From Candidatus Thorarchaeota archaeon (GTDB lineage Archaea > Asgardarchaeota > Thorarchaeia > Thorarchaeales > Thorarchaeaceae): a stretch of DNA of 28,134 bases. Below the pieces are notes generated by a model that did not search any database, was not told the origin of the DNA, and was given only the letters and a program-made list of their open reading frames with translations. The translations under genes and the position numbers were made by a program. Positions 24,010 to 28,134 of this stretch are shown here, piece after piece. The stretch covers positions 1 to 28,134 of the forward strand of contig SDNP01000035.1 of the NCBI GenBank assembly GCA_004524445.1, in the 5' to 3' direction. The stretch's first letter is position 1, and every line of letters starts with the position of its first letter.

Positions 24010-25653
24010 ATGACTATCATGCAAACAATCATTGATGCAGTGAATGTCATTGGCGGGCTTGCTCTATTCATGTTTGCCATACGAATGCTCAGGGAAACAC
24101 TTGGCAAAATATCCGGAGCGGCAGTCGCTAGAGTTCTTGATAAGGTGAGCAACAACCCGATTAAAGGAATGGGCGCAGGCGCTGCAGCGACCTTCATGAC
24201 CCAAAGCTCCAGCATCACTGTTCTGACGCTAATCGGATTTGTGAATGCGGGCATTATGACATTCTCTCAATCTGTGAATGTTATGCTGGGGTCAGAAATA
24301 GGAACTACGCTGACAGCCCAGTTGGTGGCTTTCGATATCGGTATATTTTATTGGCCTCTACTTGCTATCGGCTTTTTTGGGGATATGTTCTCTCGCAATG
24401 AGAGAGTGAAACTAACATGCCAAGTCATTTTCAGTCTTGGCTTAATCTTCTTAGCAATGGAATTTATGAAGACAGGAGCAAGGCCTCTTGGAGAGAGCGC
24501 ACTCTTTGTGGATATAATCAACAGCTATGGAGCCTTTCCAATAATTGGCATACTCGTCGGTACTGTTATCGCAGGAATTACACAGAGCAGCTCCGCAACA
24601 ACAAGTCTAGTTATCGCACTTGGCGGAGTAGGCATAATAGGACTGGATTCAGGTATAGCACTAATAATGGGTGCTAATATTGGAACTTGTTTTCTTGAAT
24701 TATTTGCAGGGATTGGGGCTACTACTCCGGCAAAAAGGACATCCGTTGCTCAAACGCTGATTAACATAATTGGAGTTGCAATCTTTTATCCATTCATTGT
24801 GCCCTTCGCGGATTTAGTAGAGCTGACCTCCGCTGATATCCCAAGGCAAATAGCTAACGCCCATACTATCTTCAATGTGATGGTGAGCTTCATTTTCGTA
24901 CCGTTTGTGGGCCTACTTGTTCGATTCTGTGAGTGGCTAATACCAGATAAAGAAGGGGAAGAAGTTGGACGTCGTTTCTTCGATAATCAGATGCTAAACC
25001 TTCCACAAGCGGCGCTTTTAGAAGCTGAAAAAGAAGTCATCAAAACAAGCGAAGCGACACTCAAGATGATTGAGTTGTCGCAGGAAGCCCTATTGGCGGG
25101 AAATGTGGACTTGGCGCAACAAGTGATAAAGCTCGAGGATGAAGTTGATGATAGTTGTCGCATGACTGAGGAATTCATAGATATGATAAAGGGAGAGGAG
25201 CTATCTGAGGACCAAAGAGTCTGGCGTCATAAACTTCTTCGAATTATAACTGACATCGAACGGGTAGGGGACCTCTCTCAGAATATAGCTGAATTTGCAG
25301 CTGAACGTCTGACGAATGGTATCACTTTCTCAGACCAAGGAACGGAGCAAATTCGCAAAATGTTCATCCTAGTTCAGGATACCTATGAGATGGCAATCCG
25401 AGCACTGAAAACAAAACACCAGGGTTCTGCGAAAAGAGCAATTCAGATGGAGGACCAGGTTGACCTCTTGGAGAGAGAACTCCGTGACGCCCATAATAAG
25501 AGAATGAGTGAAGGAATATGTATGGCTGAAGCAGATACAGTCTTCACCGAAACGCTGCGAAATCTGGAAAGGATTAGCGATCATGCAGACAATGTTGCAC
25601 TAGATGTTCTGAATATGCAGATGGATAATTATCTGGAGATCTTAGAGAGCTGA
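24010..25653 (+). CDS. Na/Pi cotransporter family protein with C-terminal PhoU domains (YjbB/NptA-like)
   Basis: Two QSSS repeats, GSEIGTT and GANIGT, IANAHTIFN, and PhoU motifs DIERVGD and NLERISDHADN. Confidence 0.93.
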   Translation: MTIMQTIIDAVNVIGGLALFMFAIRMLRETLGKISGAAVARVLDKVSNNPIKGMGAGAAATFMTQSSSITVLTLIGFVNAGIMTFSQSVNVMLGSEIGTTLTAQLVAFDIGIFYWPLLAIGFFGDMFSRNERVKLTCQVIFSLGLIFLAMEFMKTGARPLGESALFVDIINSYGAFPIIGILVGTVIAGITQSSSATTSLVIALGGVGIIGLDSGIALIMGANIGTCFLELFAGIGATTPAKRTSVAQTLINIIGVAIFYPFIVPFADLVELTSADIPRQIANAHTIFNVMVSFIFVPFVGLLVRFCEWLIPDKEGEEVGRRFFDNQMLNLPQAALLEAEKEVIKTSEATLKMIELSQEALLAGNVDLAQQVIKLEDEVDDSCRMTEEFIDMIKGEELSEDQRVWRHKLLRIITDIERVGDLSQNIAEFAAERLTNGITFSDQGTEQIRKMFILVQDTYEMAIRALKTKHQGSAKRAIQMEDQVDLLERELRDAHNKRMSEGICMAEADTVFTETLRNLERISDHADNVALDVLNMQMDNYLEILES

Positions 25654-25746
25654 ATCGCGAGTCAATGCAAGGAATAAAAGGCCCTTAACGGCGGCATTTT
25701 AATCGACAGAGGATTAATTAGAAGCTTTGCATCTAGTGTGGAGCAA

Positions 25747-25847
25747 TGAGAGTTGCTTGATGGCGAGGATATGTCCTTCCCAGAAAGAAAGAGTTGTAGG
25801 AACTGCTACGGCTGCCAATAAGGAGCCATAGCACTCTCACTTTTTTT
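25747..25847 (+). ncRNA. candidate structured small RNA / 3' structured element ending in T7
   Basis: The 5' and 3' ends pair, there are two internal hairpins, a T7 tract at 25841-47 and an AT-rich box at 25713-20. No family recognised. Confidence 0.3.
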
Positions 25848-25914
25848 CTCTTCGTAATTCCATGCTACAAGAAGTATATACTTTCATACAGTGCCCCTTT
25901 TATTTTCATCCTAC

Positions 25915-27723
25915 CTAATGTTCGACCCATATTGGACCTATGACACATACTCTACCGGTGTCAAAAACAATGCGTATGAAGTAGAAGTCATTACCACCTG
26001 TATTCAGGATACTCACATCAACGGGATCTTGCGAGTATTCATGGATATAATCGCCATCTTCTTTCGATATCGATGAGGTGTAATTTGCACCCGTAATTGG
26101 CTCAGCGTCAATCCACGACATTATCGACACCTCTTTTTCAAGCGGAGTGCTATTCCATAATTTGCCGTTCTTGAATACTTGAACCTCCCCACTCCAAACC
26201 GGCCCGCTTTCAAGTGGTTTTGCGGCGGTTTCAAAAGCAGCGGCTGGGTTGCCATCTTGCGCAATGAACAAAGAAATGGTACGTTCACTAGTCGAGTTTG
26301 ATACCTGTAGAGTTGAGCCATTATCCCCGGGCTCAACGCCATTTATTGTAAATCGGATATATGGCCGGCCGTAGTCAGAACACGCAATGGTTCTTCTGGC
26401 ATACAACGCATCGAAAATGCTGTCCCGAGTCAGCTCGTCAGCGAAAACACCTGTTATTCCTGATGGGTACGGGTGAGAAGGCCGTGCATAATCCATTGTG
26501 AGGGGATATTGGTGTCCAGCATATGCTCCAGTATGAGTGATGGAATGTCCTGGAAAGCCATCATGACCATCTCCATTAGCTATAAGTCCCATCCTCAATC
26601 CCATTCTGAGGGCAGCAGATATCGAGCTCCCATTAACTGGCTGTTCAGGCACATTCACGCTACCGACGACGCTCCATGGAGAATAGGGATTCACCAAGCT
26701 ACTGCCATGAACCGAATATGCCTCTGCAACCCGTACATACTTTTCATTGGCGTGAGCTGTTTCTATCACTTGGGTCCAATCTTGAATGAAGGCCTTTCTA
26801 ACGGTGTGGTGTGGAATGGCTAAGGCGTGAATATCAGCGTCAGCCGTAAAAACATCCAAGTACTCCCACAAATCCTCAGGGGTTTTCTGTATGTCTGCGC
26901 TGATTCGTGGAAGCGTATCACCCGGAACAACGCAAGTGAAGTGACCATAACCCCGTGCCGGAGTATGTGGGCCCCCGCTGCTAGTCCACTCAACGCCTTG
27001 TAGCGCTACAAACTCATCTTCGGCATAAGCAGCATTGGTCTCTTGTTCAAGTGCATCCCACGAATTCTTGATGTGTAGGCTCTCTCCGTGATCCGTGATA
27101 GAACAGAATTCCAAACCAGCGATATTCTGAGCAAAGAAGTAGGCCTCCGAGGGCATACCACTCCCATCAGAGAGCATAGAATGCCCATGGACATCGCCCC
27201 AAAATAGGTCCCTTCCATTATCGTCAACTACAATGGGATTGCTCCAATAGGTCAACCCAGTATAGCTGTCAGAGAGCGTTATATAATGAATACCAACTGT
27301 CGATATTGACACTGGAAATTCGCGGTAGCCATTATCCCCCCCGGGCAAGTACCAGGGAGCAATCAATCCCTGCCCGATAATTTGTCCTGTGAATTGATAA
27401 TGAGAGGGAAGGTCTGCTTCTACATCTGATCTATCGAACTCTGAGAGTGTTGATACATTGTAAGAGATGATGTCGAACTCAATTTCGCCAGAATAGGTAC
27501 TGCTAATTCGCTCATATGGGTCCCATGCCTCGATGAGAAGCAAGCCCTCTTCATTTGGTTCCAGAGTCGAGGGTGCATGGATCCATAGAAGGATAGGATC
27601 ATTGTTGAATAGCAATGGTGGATTGATGTTAACGAAGCTCCAGAAAATGAGAGGCAGCAAGGTTACAAATGCCAGAGTCCCCTTTTTCGGAGTTATATTT
27701 TTGAAAAGACGCAGAATATTCAC
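25915..27723 (-). CDS. membrane-anchored PHP-fold metallohydrolase (DUF3604 / CehA-McbA-like)
   Basis: FWGDVHGHSMLSDG, ITDH, GVEWT, IPHH, NGDGHDG and LTRDSIFDALYARR. Start re-assigned to GTG 27723, overlapping the upstream TGA (GTGA), which places a TM near the N-terminus. Confidence 0.82.
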   Translation of the reverse strand: MNILRLFKNITPKKGTLAFVTLLPLIFWSFVNINPPLLFNNDPILLWIHAPSTLEPNEEGLLLIEAWDPYERISSTYSGEIEFDIISYNVSTLSEFDRSDVEADLPSHYQFTGQIIGQGLIAPWYLPGGDNGYREFPVSISTVGIHYITLSDSYTGLTYWSNPIVVDDNGRDLFWGDVHGHSMLSDGSGMPSEAYFFAQNIAGLEFCSITDHGESLHIKNSWDALEQETNAAYAEDEFVALQGVEWTSSGGPHTPARGYGHFTCVVPGDTLPRISADIQKTPEDLWEYLDVFTADADIHALAIPHHTVRKAFIQDWTQVIETAHANEKYVRVAEAYSVHGSSLVNPYSPWSVVGSVNVPEQPVNGSSISAALRMGLRMGLIANGDGHDGFPGHSITHTGAYAGHQYPLTMDYARPSHPYPSGITGVFADELTRDSIFDALYARRTIACSDYGRPYIRFTINGVEPGDNGSTLQVSNSTSERTISLFIAQDGNPAAAFETAAKPLESGPVWSGEVQVFKNGKLWNSTPLEKEVSIMSWIDAEPITGANYTSSISKEDGDYIHEYSQDPVDVSILNTGGNDFYFIRIVFDTGRVCVIGPIWVEH

Positions 27724-28133
27724 ACTCCAAACGTGAGGAGGACATAGATTTGCACCAAAAGAGTCCAAATCCATGCAAAAACACCCATTATCCGCCATCT
27801 CTTGCTTTTCCCAAACCATATCAGAAGAAGAGCGGACAACATCCCCAGAAAATTCCAAAAATACAGTGTCCCATCAATTAGTGCAATCAGGAACATGCTA
27901 AAACGCAGGAAATGCCCTGCTATGGAGATTTCTTCGTTTTCAAATCCAAGAGATTTCTGCGAAACAATTTCAGTAATAATCCACGCTGAGCTGAGCGAAA
28001 ACATCATTGAAACGATAATGGAAACCATCTGAAAAACAACGACAGGAACTTCCACTAAGGGAACTAGCCATAGATAGATCAGAATTCCACTCAATACCAC
28101 ATAGTTCGTTGGAATAAACAATGCTACAGAAAT
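27720..28133 (-). CDS. polytopic membrane protein (partial, start beyond window end)
   Basis: The frame is open to the window edge (ISVALFIPTNY...) with several hydrophobic segments. Its stop overlaps the likely start of the next gene. Confidence 0.75.
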   Translation of the reverse strand: MSVALFIPTNYVVLSGILIYLWLVPLVEVPVVVFQMVSIIVSMMFSLSSAWIITEIVSQKSLGFENEEISIAGHFLRFSMFLIALIDGTLYFWNFLGMLSALLLIWFGKSKRWRIMGVFAWIWTLLVQIYVLLTFGV

Positions 28134-28134
28134 A

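Noticed and set aside
27720-27858. Frameshift or pseudogene joining the two overlapping - strand ORFs
   Set aside because: A GTG at 27723 overlapping the upstream TGA explains the overlap. The 45-aa extension in the ORF track is a shadow of the upstream gene.
135-28032. The many short antisense and alternate-frame ORFs in the track (e.g. 355-759, 11557-12072, 23892-24254)
   Set aside because: They overlap well-supported genes and lack recognisable motifs, so they are treated as shadow ORFs.
20780-28134. Integrated element at tRNA-Ala
   Set aside because: No integrase or transposase, and no repeat of the tRNA 3' end noticed by eye within the window. An att site beyond the window cannot be excluded.

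Overview
Archaeal chromosomal window, most likely Asgard (Thorarchaeota-like). That assignment is inferred from ZPR1, DUF2070, DUF2299, an archaeal tRNA-Ala, a split POR operon and eukaryote-like domains; no search was run. The ordinary content is a CN-hydrolase, porD-porA-porB without a gamma gene, a membrane-anchored M28 peptidase with Ca-binding repeats, ubiX, DUF2070, PadR plus a heterodimeric ABC exporter, ZPR1, tRNA-Ala(TGC), a tandem GNAT, a NYN/OST-HTH protein, a Na/Pi cotransporter-PhoU fusion and a PHP/DUF3604 hydrolase. Three genes stand out. (1) A 758-aa protein joins eight tandem zinc-ribbon repeats to a region resembling the COPI/adaptin appendage domain. (2) An intact SAMHD1-like HD gene has lost its catalytic residues but kept allosteric-site residues, so it is a probable pseudo-dNTPase. 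(3) A longin plus tandem winged-helix protein with NPRL2/GATOR1-like architecture lies directly upstream of a stand-alone 8-TM sensor-like gene. There is also a tandem PadR operator candidate and a candidate structured small RNA at about 25.75-25.85 kb. No transposase, integrase, CRISPR array or rRNA was seen. All family calls come from by-eye motif recognition.
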